Assembly: GCA_021774615.1 (NCBI GenBank)
Contig: JAJFIW010000010.1
Location: 10,230-74,229, forward strand
Direction: 5' to 3'
DNA length: 64,000 bases
DNA from: Alphaproteobacteria bacterium
GTDB lineage: Bacteria; Pseudomonadota; Alphaproteobacteria; UBA1280; UBA6503
This document shows positions 17,705 to 26,557 of this stretch, in pieces; position 1 is the stretch's first letter; the number at the start of each line of letters is the position of its first letter. The notes under the pieces were generated by a model, which ran no database searches, was not told where the DNA came from, and saw only the letters and a program-made list of their open reading frames with translations. The position numbers were made by a program, and so were the translations under genes.

Positions 17705-18454
17705 CTAGCGCTTAAATACTAAGAACAGTACACCTCTGTCATTAGGCATACCTCTTGGGGCAAGACGCATATTTTCCATTGCAGCGTGGCGCAAAACGCC
17801 CCACTCATCGGTGCGAGGAATAGTTAATGCGGGTAAATTAACCTCATTTGCTTCACGGCGCTCATTTGCTACATGTACTACCAAACCTGTCATCAATGGT
17901 GTTTGCCAAACTTCTGATAGTTCAAAAGCAACCCCACCACCACGGAACCAGTCAGGAATTAGGTGTGTTTCTCGCAGAACTCCTGGCAAATCTTTATCCA
18001 TAGCCATTGCACGGACCAAATCACGAGAGTCAAACTTGCGGCTAAGAGATGCGGCAATCTCATCTATTTTTGATGCATCAACAACTTCAACAAAAGCCCC
18101 GTAGGGTACATCTGTTGTTAAGACTACAATATATGTTTTTTGGCTGGCACCTGTCATGAACATCCGAGTTGCCATTTTTGGTAGCAACGAACGCATACGA
18201 AATGCTTTGTTATTACGGCCTGCAACCACAAGAATATCTACATAATCTGGATTTTCGATTGTAACGTTAGTAATTTCCTCAGGGAACTCAACATGGGAAA
18301 TATCTTCTTCGTTTAAGCCAATTGTAATTGTATGGGTTGGGCCTTTCCAAGGTATAACCTCAGCTAAAACAGTTTGTGGTAAAGCAATAAGCACCACCCA
18401 CAACAAAACCGTAAGAATAATACTACTAGAACGCATCACTGCACTTAAACTCAT
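17705..18454 (-). CDS. traK: TraK-like periplasmic T4SS core protein (VirB9-like role)
   Basis: 249 aa with a signal peptide ending LAEV. The C-terminal LSEVWQTPLMTGLVVHVANERREANEVNL parallels F TraK [28 protein letters not shown] (from memory). It has a 4-nt overlap with traE upstream. Confidence 0.55.
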   Translation of the reverse strand: MSLSAVMRSSSIILTVLLWVVLIALPQTVLAEVIPWKGPTHTITIGLNEEDISHVEFPEEITNVTIENPDYVDILVVAGRNNKAFRMRSLLPKMATRMFMTGASQKTYIVVLTTDVPYGAFVEVVDASKIDEIAASLSRKFDSRDLVRAMAMDKDLPGVLRETHLIPDWFRGGGVAFELSEVWQTPLMTGLVVHVANERREANEVNLPALTIPRTDEWGVLRHAAMENMRLAPRGMPNDRGVLFLVFKR

Positions 18455-19080
18455 AGGGATTCCTCTCGATACTTAGCCAACACAAAACCCCATGGGTTTG
18501 TTTGGCTAATACTAGATTGGCGCACAGTAAGGATAATACGAATATCACGAGCTGCAACTATCTGCGAGCCAATAATATCTTGTCGTTTTCCTTCAACACT
18601 ATATTCGTAATAACTAAAACCTCTATCTCCACCAGATGGGGCAGATGTTTGTTTAATTTTAATGGTATTGCGTTTAACCACCAGCATCGACGAATGCTCA
18701 TCTTGCTTGGCATCTTTAATCCGCTCAGCATAAAAAGGTTTAGCATCTAACAGCATTGACGGGGTAAAAAACTTCTGTGTTTCTGCAAATTGTGGCTCGA
18801 GATTATTGTAGGTATAAGTATTAAGCGATTGCAAGATATACTCACCAAAGTTTTGTAGCAACATCTCAGACTGAGAAGGAGCATAAAAACCAGCTTGGCT
18901 ACCAGGAACAATGTAAACTTGGCGAGTGTTACTTAGCCGCTCAATCTCGTTACTTAAACTAGCATTAGATTGAGATAATGACATAGCAATAAAACCTAAA
19001 CATACAGTTGCCACCATAAAAAACCCAGCAACTCTATGAGAACGATCAATAAACGAACCAGCCCGTGCAATAAATTCCAT
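18451..19080 (-). CDS. traE: TraE-like bitopic inner-membrane T4SS protein (VirB8-like role)
   Basis: 209 aa with an N-terminal TM (VAGFFMVATVCLGFIAMSL). FYAERIKDAKQDEHSSM parallels F TraE LAEEAKRIKNDNVNSAF, and it sits in the L-E-K order. Confidence 0.55.
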   Translation of the reverse strand: MEFIARAGSFIDRSHRVAGFFMVATVCLGFIAMSLSQSNASLSNEIERLSNTRQVYIVPGSQAGFYAPSQSEMLLQNFGEYILQSLNTYTYNNLEPQFAETQKFFTPSMLLDAKPFYAERIKDAKQDEHSSMLVVKRNTIKIKQTSAPSGGDRGFSYYEYSVEGKRQDIIGSQIVAARDIRIILTVRQSSISQTNPWGFVLAKYREESL

Positions 19081-19170
19081 TAGTCTGACCTTTTTCAGGT
19101 TTTTGTTAATTATTCATTGTTCATAATACCCTAAAAACAACAAATTTCCACATACTTTTACACATAGTAG

Positions 19171-19246
19171 TTAAACTTTGGCTTTGACACAGTTTAAGCG
19201 AAACTTAGAGGCAACTTAAGACTGTGTGCGGTCTTAAGTTAAATTA
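19171..19246 (+). repeat. Two-hairpin ~75-nt dispersed repeat, copy 1 (in the traL-traE gap)
   Basis: TTAAACTTTGGCTTTGACACAGTTTAAGCGAAACTTAGAGGCAACTTAAGACTGTGTGCGGTCTTAAGTTAAATTA. It is about 80% identical to 59891-59965 in the same orientation, and both hairpins are preserved. Confidence 0.7.
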
Positions 19247-19262
19247 CTATAGGTGGTAGTAG

Positions 19263-19526
19263 CTATATTTCGAATTTTTTAACTTTTTTAGCTGGGGGGA
19301 TCATCTTACCTAATCCAAAACGGCGGTACACAACCCTATACATGGCACCTTCTGGTTTATTAAGAGTTAGCTTATAAGTTATATAAAATGCCATAAATGT
19401 AACAACAATGGCTAAAAGAGGCTTGCCTGTCATAAACATTGTGCCATACCAACCAAACATAAATGTTGCTGCATATTCAGCATTACGGTTAGGGCGATCA
19501 ATATTACGTGGAACTTGGCGAACCAT
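19263..19526 (-). CDS. traL: TraL-like small membrane protein (VirB3-like role)
   Basis: 87 aa with an N-terminal PRNIDRPNR segment followed by two hydrophobic helices. It lies between the pilin gene and traE as in F. Confidence 0.5.
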   Translation of the reverse strand: MVRQVPRNIDRPNRNAEYAATFMFGWYGTMFMTGKPLLAIVVTFMAFYITYKLTLNKPEGAMYRVVYRRFGLGKMIPPAKKVKKFEI

Positions 19527-19586
19527 TCTTTAATACCTCATTTTAAAACAATCTAACTTAATTATACCTTAGATAGCTTCCAAAGA

Positions 19587-19612
19587 AAAGAGCCACCATA
19601 CGGTGGCTCTTT
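19587..19612 (-). terminator. Hairpin (attenuator/terminator) just downstream of the T4SS pilin gene
   Basis: AAAGAGCCACC-ATAC-GGTGGCTCTTT, followed on the minus strand by TTCTTTGG. It lies 20 nt after the pilin stop. Confidence 0.6.
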
Positions 19613-19631
19613 AATAGTATAACACTTAGAC

Positions 19632-20003
19632 TTAGTTAGGGTTACGAGCGGCACTCGCGTTACTATCAATGTCTGTGAAAGCGTTATTGATACCTTGGCT
19701 AATTCCTGCGTAGATACCTGGGAATGCTGTAACAGCAGCACCAGCAATCACGATAACTAGACCAAAAGAGCTTTGCTGTACAAGCCACATCCACAAACCA
19801 AATAGTGAAATAAGTAATCCAACAAGAACACCAATATTACCTCTGATTAATGATTGAACATCATTAAACAAGTTATTACCCACATTACTAGTAGTACCGC
19901 CGCCGCCAACTTGCGCCATAGCAATATCTGGAAGTAATGCAAATGTAACTGCTAATAACCCCAAAACAAATAAGCCCATATTTTTTGATGATAATTTACT
20001 CAT
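19632..20003 (-). CDS. VirB2/TrbC/TraA-type conjugative propilin
   Basis: 123 aa with a signal peptide ending DIAMA-QV, then two hydrophobic helices (IGVLVGLLISLFGLWMWLV and FGLVIVIAGAAVTAFPGIYAGI). It is the first gene of the tra block. Confidence 0.6.
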   Translation of the reverse strand: MSKLSSKNMGLFVLGLLAVTFALLPDIAMAQVGGGGTTSNVGNNLFNDVQSLIRGNIGVLVGLLISLFGLWMWLVQQSSFGLVIVIAGAAVTAFPGIYAGISQGINNAFTDIDSNASAARNPN

Positions 20004-20231
20004 CTTTCCTATACTCCCAACATTATTTTTTATACCCTAAGCTTAACTAGGATTGTTCTTTCTAACTATATATCTAAAAAGAACAATACCAACAAGCCCC
20101 ATAAAACAATTATGGTGCCTATTATCAATAAATCAAGCCTATCATTATATAAAATATCTTTGTTTAGGCGATACGTGGCATTTTTCACATAAATATAGGT
20201 ATGCCTATATCAGCTAAATATGGCAGAAATG

Positions 20232-21833
20232 TTAGGATTCATCATCAGTTATAACTACTACTCTGTTTTTACCGAACATTTTAAATGATAACTTAACTTT
20301 ATGAGCAGCAAACACTTTTTGACCAACATACGAGATGATATCGCTTACCGTTGCCTCTACAGCAACAGTCCACTCTTCCTCAGCTATATGTGCATTTTTA
20401 GGGTGTAATTGCCATGAAATGCGCCAAGAACCTGCTTGGTTCTCGACATTAGCTACTATTAGTGCAAAAACATCGCGTAGCGACATATCTTTTACTTCAA
20501 GAGCAACATTTGCTTCTCCCAATGAATGCGCAGTTGCTTTACCGTTTATAACAACGCTAGCAAGCCGTTCAATGTCACCATCTACAATCCGCCCTGACAC
20601 AATAGATGCATAAACCTTATCTAGCCCTTCTGGCCCAACGTTATCAGGTATTCTGTTTGGTAGTTTAGTTGCTTTACTTGCTAACCTAACAGCTTCCATT
20701 TGCAGACGCTCTGCTTCCATCTCTAGCTGTTGGCGTTGGGCAATTTGTGCTGCATACGCTAGGCGTTCAGACTCGGCAATTTGTTGCGCTGCTTGCAAAA
20801 CTGCCGCTTGGCGAGTGTTTTTCGAGCGGCTCTCTGACTCTTTTAAATCTGCAGAGAGATTTGCTATTTTCTTTTGTAGCTCTGCTTGGCGAGTATCATA
20901 ATTATGTTTTAACTTCCTGTTATACCTATCAAAATCCTTTATACGGGCTTGTAATTGCTCTACATGCTCGCGCAGTTTGTTATTTTCTAACCCTGTAACT
21001 GTACGCTCGGTCTCGAGCAGAACCGTTTTCTTACTAATTGCTTTTTGCAGGCTTTCTCGCTGCTCTTTGCGTAATTGTGCTTTACGCTCGGTCTCGCGGA
21101 GAAGAGCTGTTAGCTCTAGAATCTGGTCTTGCTGAATACGCATTTGCTCTAGTGTTGCAACACGTTTAACTGTGCGTACATCAGCCAGAATTTGTTCGGT
21201 TTCTTTTAAAAGGCGTTCTCTGTTTTCGTCAGAACGCCAATTTTTAATTGTATTGGACAGACGGCTATTAATCGCCTCAGGGCTACCGTCACGCAAATTA
21301 TCCGCTACTGATGCAACATCAGCAGGCATTTTGTCTGGTGATTCTACAAAATCAGAGAGGCTTTGTGGTGCATGTAAACCAGAAACTTGGTCAGGCATCA
21401 TCAAAGCCTGATTAGAAAGCATTAGTGGTATATCGTCTGTGATATCTGGCTCTTTAGGTAATAGTCTCTCTGCGAATGGATCAACAAAGTTAATATCTAC
21501 ACCAAGTGAGGCTGCTCGTTGTGCTGCTTTACTTCTACCGTCAAACATAATATTAGCAGCCACGCATGGCTCCCCTGCCTTATCGAACAAATAATTAGTG
21601 TCTTCTTTAGCCATATGCACAGAAACACCAACACCAAGCTGTTCTATACAATCTGACGGAGTAAGTGTTGTTTTGGTTGCTGTGACACTCCCTACCATGG
21701 AAGTACTTGCAAGTAAAACCCCATCATCATGAATAGGGAATGCCTCTACATTAAGACGTTTACCATCGTCAACAGCACAGCCAGCCAATATAATGGCAAT
21801 GCTTGCTATTGTAATGGTTTTAATGGTTCTCAA
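20232..21833 (-). CDS. Lipoprotein with a long coiled coil and a C-terminal PilL/TcpQ-like domain
   Basis: Lipobox IILAGC. Residues ~200-390 are heptad/Gln-Glu-Arg rich. The C-terminus LRDVFALIV...GSWRISWQL...KLSFKMFGKNRVVVITD matches a pattern seen in 21851-22474 and twice in 33894-35036. Confidence 0.5.
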   Translation of the reverse strand: MRTIKTITIASIAIILAGCAVDDGKRLNVEAFPIHDDGVLLASTSMVGSVTATKTTLTPSDCIEQLGVGVSVHMAKEDTNYLFDKAGEPCVAANIMFDGRSKAAQRAASLGVDINFVDPFAERLLPKEPDITDDIPLMLSNQALMMPDQVSGLHAPQSLSDFVESPDKMPADVASVADNLRDGSPEAINSRLSNTIKNWRSDENRERLLKETEQILADVRTVKRVATLEQMRIQQDQILELTALLRETERKAQLRKEQRESLQKAISKKTVLLETERTVTGLENNKLREHVEQLQARIKDFDRYNRKLKHNYDTRQAELQKKIANLSADLKESESRSKNTRQAAVLQAAQQIAESERLAYAAQIAQRQQLEMEAERLQMEAVRLASKATKLPNRIPDNVGPEGLDKVYASIVSGRIVDGDIERLASVVINGKATAHSLGEANVALEVKDMSLRDVFALIVANVENQAGSWRISWQLHPKNAHIAEEEWTVAVEATVSDIISYVGQKVFAAHKVKLSFKMFGKNRVVVITDDES

Positions 21834-21850
21834 GTTTATTTAACCTCTAT

Positions 21851-22474
21851 CTACATCTTATCGCTAATAATTAATACTCGTTCTTTTTCAAACATCTCAA
21901 ATGTTAATTCTAAACCGCTATAATTCAAAATAAATGCCGACATGTCAGCAATAAACTTACTAAATGTAGTCTCTGTGTTTAAGCTAAACCTTTCGTCAAG
22001 AAGGTTTAGGTTCTCGTAGCTAACCTTCCATTGTAGCTTCCACGGACCTGTATAAGGCATAAGGTCTCGCATAACGTCTTCAATAAGCTCTTTAAATGGC
22101 TTATTTTCCACATGTGCTGCCACCCGAGCTGTTCTAATGTCTATCCACTCGTGAGGAGGCAGAAACTCTATAGCCTTATTATATTCACTTCCTACGATAC
22201 CACGTTTACGAACAATTGTGCCGTCGGGTTTAATGTATTCTTTTGTATTGTTTAAGGCTAACTCTTCTCGGCGTTCTTTTTGTTCTTTCATTTGCTGGGT
22301 AAGAGCAGCCCACCCTCCGGTTCGGCGCATAAAAATATGCCCTGTCTCGAGGCGAGCAGGTTTCATTGCAAAATGATTAGGAACAACCCGTTGTTGTTTG
22401 TGCTGTTGATTAATAGAACAACCAGCTAACGACACTGTTAATAAAGATACAAATATGGCTATTTTTAGCATCAA
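21851..22474 (-). CDS. Small lipoprotein with a PilL/TcpQ-like C-terminal domain
   Basis: Lipobox SLAGC. The C-terminus is FKELIEDVM...GPWKLQWKV...ELTFEMFEKERVLIISD. Confidence 0.5.
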   Translation of the reverse strand: MMLKIAIFVSLLTVSLAGCSINQQHKQQRVVPNHFAMKPARLETGHIFMRRTGGWAALTQQMKEQKERREELALNNTKEYIKPDGTIVRKRGIVGSEYNKAIEFLPPHEWIDIRTARVAAHVENKPFKELIEDVMRDLMPYTGPWKLQWKVSYENLNLLDERFSLNTETTFSKFIADMSAFILNYSGLELTFEMFEKERVLIISDKM

Positions 22475-22557
22475 GCCGTCTTTTTATGGATTTATCTTAA
22501 TAGTTTCCTGTTTAAATAATAAAGAAACTATCTACCATAGGCAAATAACAGACCATA

Positions 22558-23013
22558 TTAGAGCAATAAAACAACAAGGCATAGCAACCCAAATGCCACA
22601 CTTTTAAAAGCAACCTGTCGCCATACTAGCCCAATATAGCCCACAAAGAAAAATGCCATCAACGCCGCATATAAAACTATAAATAAGAAACCCTCACCTA
22701 TAATCCACAAACTAACAACTGCTAACATAATGCTGACCAACTCAGTAGCAAGATATCGAGAAGATATAGAGGCACCACACTGCCTGCATTTCCCCCTAAA
22801 ACATAACCATGATAACACTGGAACTAAATCAACAGCTCTTAGGCCTTTATTGCAATAGGGGCATGAACTTGGCGGGTGCCATAAACTGCCATTTCTAGGG
22901 CACCGATACATAGCACAAGTTAGAAATGAGCCAAATACACCACCAACAACCACAGCTAGCAAAGGGAAAAACCATGGTAGCTCTACTATTACAAGCCCTA
23001 TAATATCTTCCAA
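22558..23013 (-). CDS. Truncated prepilin-peptidase-like protein: only the N-terminal Cys-rich (DiS_P_DiS-type) region, no A24 aspartyl peptidase domain
   Basis: 151 aa: FGSFLTCAMYRCPRNGS...CPYCNKGLRAVDLVPVLSWLCFRGKCRQCGASISSRYLATELV is the typical PilD/TcpJ N-terminal signature. The remaining ~60 aa are hydrophobic and contain no Asp. Only 83 nt separate it from the next gene. Confidence 0.65.
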   Translation of the reverse strand: MEDIIGLVIVELPWFFPLLAVVVGGVFGSFLTCAMYRCPRNGSLWHPPSSCPYCNKGLRAVDLVPVLSWLCFRGKCRQCGASISSRYLATELVSIMLAVVSLWIIGEGFLFIVLYAALMAFFFVGYIGLVWRQVAFKSVAFGLLCLVVLLL

Positions 23014-23025
23014 CAGAAGCCGCCC

Positions 23026-24207
23026 TTAGTTACCGCAAGTAATAGGGCTAATAGCCACTTTTGCTGGGTAATAAGGAGGCTGAAGTGAATATGTACAGCT
23101 AGCACCTATAACAGCACCAGGGTGCGAGTAATAATAAAAAGGCTCGCCAGTAACAGCATTACAGCAATGGTCTTCGGGAAGACCCAAAATGCGCATTAAT
23201 GTTCTCATCTCAGCCATCCGTGTTGCTGTAGTTGCATTAATAGTGTCAACAAATTCGTTTGTGTCACCACGAATAGCAGACACATCTGCCCGCACTCTAC
23301 CACTATAGCGATTGGTTATATTACTACCTAAAGACCTGCAGCCAACGTCAGGGTGGTTAGAGTTACTGTGCGCTCTAGGCTCAGTAGACCAACTTGGAGG
23401 GTAGAATATTAACTCACTTAAACATGCTGTGCCTAGTAAGAGATCTTCATTAAGCCGCCCTTGAGCATACCTATCTAAAGCGTCAATAATACGTTCTAGA
23501 CGATGGATTGTCTCGTCCTGATTATCAATTTTCTGTTGGTTATCGGCGTATTTAACCAAAATATCATCACCAAGTAGCTGGTATGCTCCATATTGGTCTA
23601 CGTTCGCCCAATCTGCCTGATATGTTCCTGTAATCCCTGCTCTATCACGGAAATTACTAATATTAGCAGCCTTATTAGCAGCATTAGCCTGCACACCACC
23701 ACTAACACAAGCTGGCGACGCTGGAGTTGCTGTTGTGCCTGTATCATCACACTGATTACCGCCAACACTACGAACAGTAGCATAATGGAAGTCAACCGCC
23801 CCTTCGCGATAATTGCGTGACTCAACAAAATGGGTATATTTACGCTCGGTACCTATAACATCGTTTAAGATGCTATCTGGTGCCATACTAGAAAATGATG
23901 CCAAAGCCTCGTGCCAACCTATACCAGCAGCACCTGGTGCATCTGTACAGTTTGCTCGAGTTGGGTTATTAGTACGAGCAGGCAAACGCTTACATTCACG
24001 GGCGTAAGAATCCATAGCTTTCTGGATTTCAGACATAGATATCTTCTCTTGCTCTACTTGTTGGCGCCTAAAGAAAAGGGCTATATCTGGAAAAGCCATA
24101 CCACTGATAATTGCTAAAACCGAGATAATAAGAATAATTTCTGGCATTGTAAAGCCGCTATCTCTACGACTATTCGCCTGATATCGGTTTTTCATTTTCC
24201 TTATCAT
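23026..24207 (-). CDS. Large type IV pilin-like protein (PilV-like minor pilin / adhesin candidate)
   Basis: Class III signal: an 18-aa basic leader ending RRDSG, then FTMPEIILIISVLAIISGMAF (Glu at +5). 393 aa with many Cys in the C-terminal half. Confidence 0.7.
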   Translation of the reverse strand: MIRKMKNRYQANSRRDSGFTMPEIILIISVLAIISGMAFPDIALFFRRQQVEQEKISMSEIQKAMDSYARECKRLPARTNNPTRANCTDAPGAAGIGWHEALASFSSMAPDSILNDVIGTERKYTHFVESRNYREGAVDFHYATVRSVGGNQCDDTGTTATPASPACVSGGVQANAANKAANISNFRDRAGITGTYQADWANVDQYGAYQLLGDDILVKYADNQQKIDNQDETIHRLERIIDALDRYAQGRLNEDLLLGTACLSELIFYPPSWSTEPRAHSNSNHPDVGCRSLGSNITNRYSGRVRADVSAIRGDTNEFVDTINATTATRMAEMRTLMRILGLPEDHCCNAVTGEPFYYYSHPGAVIGASCTYSLQPPYYPAKVAISPITCGN

Positions 24208-24255
24208 CTTAACTTCACCCCTTTATTTTTATTCTACCACTCGTAGTATAAACTA

Positions 24256-25338
24256 TTATTTGCTCCGAATAGGAGTATCTTTTGTTATGCTCCAACCATT
24301 AGCATTTATATTACGAACAACTCGCAGTGTATCTGGCTCATTGTCATTATAAACAAATCTCAAACCACCAAATGGATCTCGCTCAACTGTTGAGCTAATA
24401 CCTACTTTATAAGGAAGAACCGTACAATTACTTTGCCCCGCGCAATTACGAGCAGTGCTACTGTTAGGAGAACCCGCCATTGTAGGGAAACGAACATTAG
24501 CTTTTAAAACCGGGTCAAACTTCCAGCAATCTGTTACATCAATATCTCTGGTAGATGGCATTACAGCAGTTACAGGCCTTACAGCCGTACTGCCATTTCT
24601 TACAGCTAAATTATAAGTATGCATAGCCCCACACTCGGTAATAGCACTTGCTGTAAACCTTGCACAGTTTAAACCGCCAGCATTCCCTGTTTGGCCAATA
24701 ATTGCACAATTTGTAAAATCACCAACATCATTGTCGCCACCTGCAACAGTTATTGGGCTATATTGCTCAATTCGTTGTTGGTAGTCAGAAATTGCTATTT
24801 CACGGATCTTATCCTCAACTTCAGTGGCGTTATTCCATATTTTCATCATTGGGCCACGTGTCGAGAAGGTTTTAACAATATCATCGCCCACAGCACCTGC
24901 AGAATGCAGAGTGCGCCATTCGGTAATTGTAGTTGGTGTTGCTGTTTGGATGGCTCTATCTTTACCACCTGAAATAATAGCAAAATGTGAAACCTGAGCC
25001 GTTGCATTTTGCCCACCACCAAAAGCAGCAATAACTTGGTTCTCATCTAAACGAATCATATTAATATTAGCGCCCCAAGGGTCTTGCCTAACCTCGTCAG
25101 CCCCCCAAGACAAATATCTAATAACATAGTCAATATTTGTTGTAGACTCTCCATCTAGGCTCAGTCTCTCGCTAAGAACAATCTTATTAATAGCATATTC
25201 AATATCGGAGAAGATGTGTTGGGCTTTGTTTTCTTTGTCTAGCTGTAGCTGCATAGTAGTACGCGCCATGCCAACAGTAATACCAGACATTACAAAAAAG
25301 AATGTCCCGAAAAGTCCTATGTAAAACAATGCCTGCAT
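24256..25338 (-). CDS. Membrane-anchored pilus-cluster protein (pilin-like hydrophobic N-terminus without a leader or Glu5)
   Basis: 360 aa with N-terminus MQALFYIGLFGTFFFVMSGITVGMA. GGGGGGTAA lies upstream of the ATG, and Cys residues are scattered through the C-terminal half. Confidence 0.45.
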   Translation of the reverse strand: MQALFYIGLFGTFFFVMSGITVGMARTTMQLQLDKENKAQHIFSDIEYAINKIVLSERLSLDGESTTNIDYVIRYLSWGADEVRQDPWGANINMIRLDENQVIAAFGGGQNATAQVSHFAIISGGKDRAIQTATPTTITEWRTLHSAGAVGDDIVKTFSTRGPMMKIWNNATEVEDKIREIAISDYQQRIEQYSPITVAGGDNDVGDFTNCAIIGQTGNAGGLNCARFTASAITECGAMHTYNLAVRNGSTAVRPVTAVMPSTRDIDVTDCWKFDPVLKANVRFPTMAGSPNSSTARNCAGQSNCTVLPYKVGISSTVERDPFGGLRFVYNDNEPDTLRVVRNINANGWSITKDTPIRSK

Positions 25339-25422
25339 AAAATATTACCCCCCAAACTCAAGTATGCTAAGCCCCCCCTACAGCAACACTATAGGAACTG
25401 ACTTATTTACTTATGGGTAGCG

Positions 25423-26079
25423 TCACCAGCCTTTATTAACAAAAGAAATGACACCCAGCCTACCGCTTGGCATTCTTAGGTTAATACCGTCATTATTAAT
25501 TTTACGAATCATCACTCTACGAGGACCAATAGAAGAAAGGCGGGACTCCACCTCTTCACGGACAATATCTGCTAAGTTATTGTCTATCATCTCAAGATCA
25601 GACAGCAAACCAACCAAGGTTTCTGCTGTAACTACAGGGGCTTCTAGAGTATCTCCCTCCATAAACCACCTTCTATTAATCAGCACCATTGGGCCAGCCT
25701 TACCTGAGGTAATAGCGCTTATCTTAATACTACTAACATCTGGGATAAATGCTTCTTCATCCTTTAATAAGTCTCTGATTCTGGACATTTTTGATGCAGC
25801 ACTGCGTACTAATTGCTGTGCACGCAATTCCTCCATCATAAGCACATTTTCCTCAGCACTAACAATAGCATCTTCTTCATCTTCTACTTCTTCAACTGGA
25901 GGGAGCCTAATACTAAATACTGTGCCTATCCCCTCATATAAAGGTACAGGTTCTGACTCTAGCTCATTACCAACATGCCATAAAATCTCACCCCGAACTT
26001 GCGCATGCGCAGGCTGCAAAAATAATATGGTAAGGCCAAATATGGCTATAGCTATAATACTGTTATTTATTAAGGCCAT
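25423..26079 (-). CDS. Secreted hypothetical protein of the pilus cluster
   Basis: Signal peptide MALINNSIIAIAIFGLTILFLQPAHA-QV, an acidic stretch EEVEDEEDA, and a 17-nt overlap with the upstream gene. Preferred over the Ser-rich + strand ORF 25448-26083. Confidence 0.5.
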   Translation of the reverse strand: MALINNSIIAIAIFGLTILFLQPAHAQVRGEILWHVGNELESEPVPLYEGIGTVFSIRLPPVEEVEDEEDAIVSAEENVLMMEELRAQQLVRSAASKMSRIRDLLKDEEAFIPDVSSIKISAITSGKAGPMVLINRRWFMEGDTLEAPVVTAETLVGLLSDLEMIDNNLADIVREEVESRLSSIGPRRVMIRKINNDGINLRMPSGRLGVISFVNKGW

Positions 26080-26557
26080 ATAAAGTACCCTCTATTCGTA
26101 ATAAAACATTATCGCCAAAATCATTACCTGGTGATAAATTCACCCTCTCGATTACTACTTTATTTGTATTATGGAGCCAATCAACCTGCCCTAGAGCCTC
26201 TGCATAAGCCATATTCCCAGAAAGGCTAAATTGGCGAATATTTAGCTTAGTTCCAGCTATTGGCTTAACACTATGAGAACGTGTCTCATATTTTATGGTT
26301 GATTCCTCAAGGTTTAAATAACGTAAGATGTCTAGTGTTGTTGACTCTTTCTCGTTAATTGTAAAGTTATCAAGATCGGCTAAGGCTGCTGAAAATAGGT
26401 TACCTGCTCGCAGATCACGTGCAAGCTGTTCTCTTCTGGCTTCTTCAGAAGCAATTTCAACGTGGAACTCTTGTGCTTTACGCATCGTAGAATATGCCCC
26501 TGCTAGTAGTAGTAGCACTATCATTATCCACATTCTTCTTGTTCCGGTTCTTGTCAT
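26063..26557 (-). CDS. Small bitopic pilus assembly protein (R64 PilP-like by size and position)
   Basis: 164 aa with an N-terminal TM (MWIMIVLLLLAGAY). Its start overlaps the stop of the upstream gene at 26557. Confidence 0.4.
   Translation of the reverse strand: MTRTGTRRMWIMIVLLLLAGAYSTMRKAQEFHVEIASEEARREQLARDLRAGNLFSAALADLDNFTINEKESTTLDILRYLNLEESTIKYETRSHSVKPIAGTKLNIRQFSLSGNMAYAEALGQVDWLHNTNKVVIERVNLSPGNDFGDNVLLRIEGTLYGLNK

Noticed and set aside
23026-24207. Shufflon (Rci-mediated C-terminal switching) at the PilV-like gene, as in R64
   Set aside because: No alternative C-terminal cassettes, 19-bp sfx-like inverted repeats or recombinase gene follow the ORF. The peptidase-like gene starts 13 nt downstream.
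25448-26083. 211-aa + strand ORF covering the same interval as the minus-strand 218-aa ORF
   Set aside because: It is Ser/Ile/Leu-rich with no signal features and opposes the operon direction. The minus-strand product has a clean signal peptide and overlaps its neighbours in operon style.
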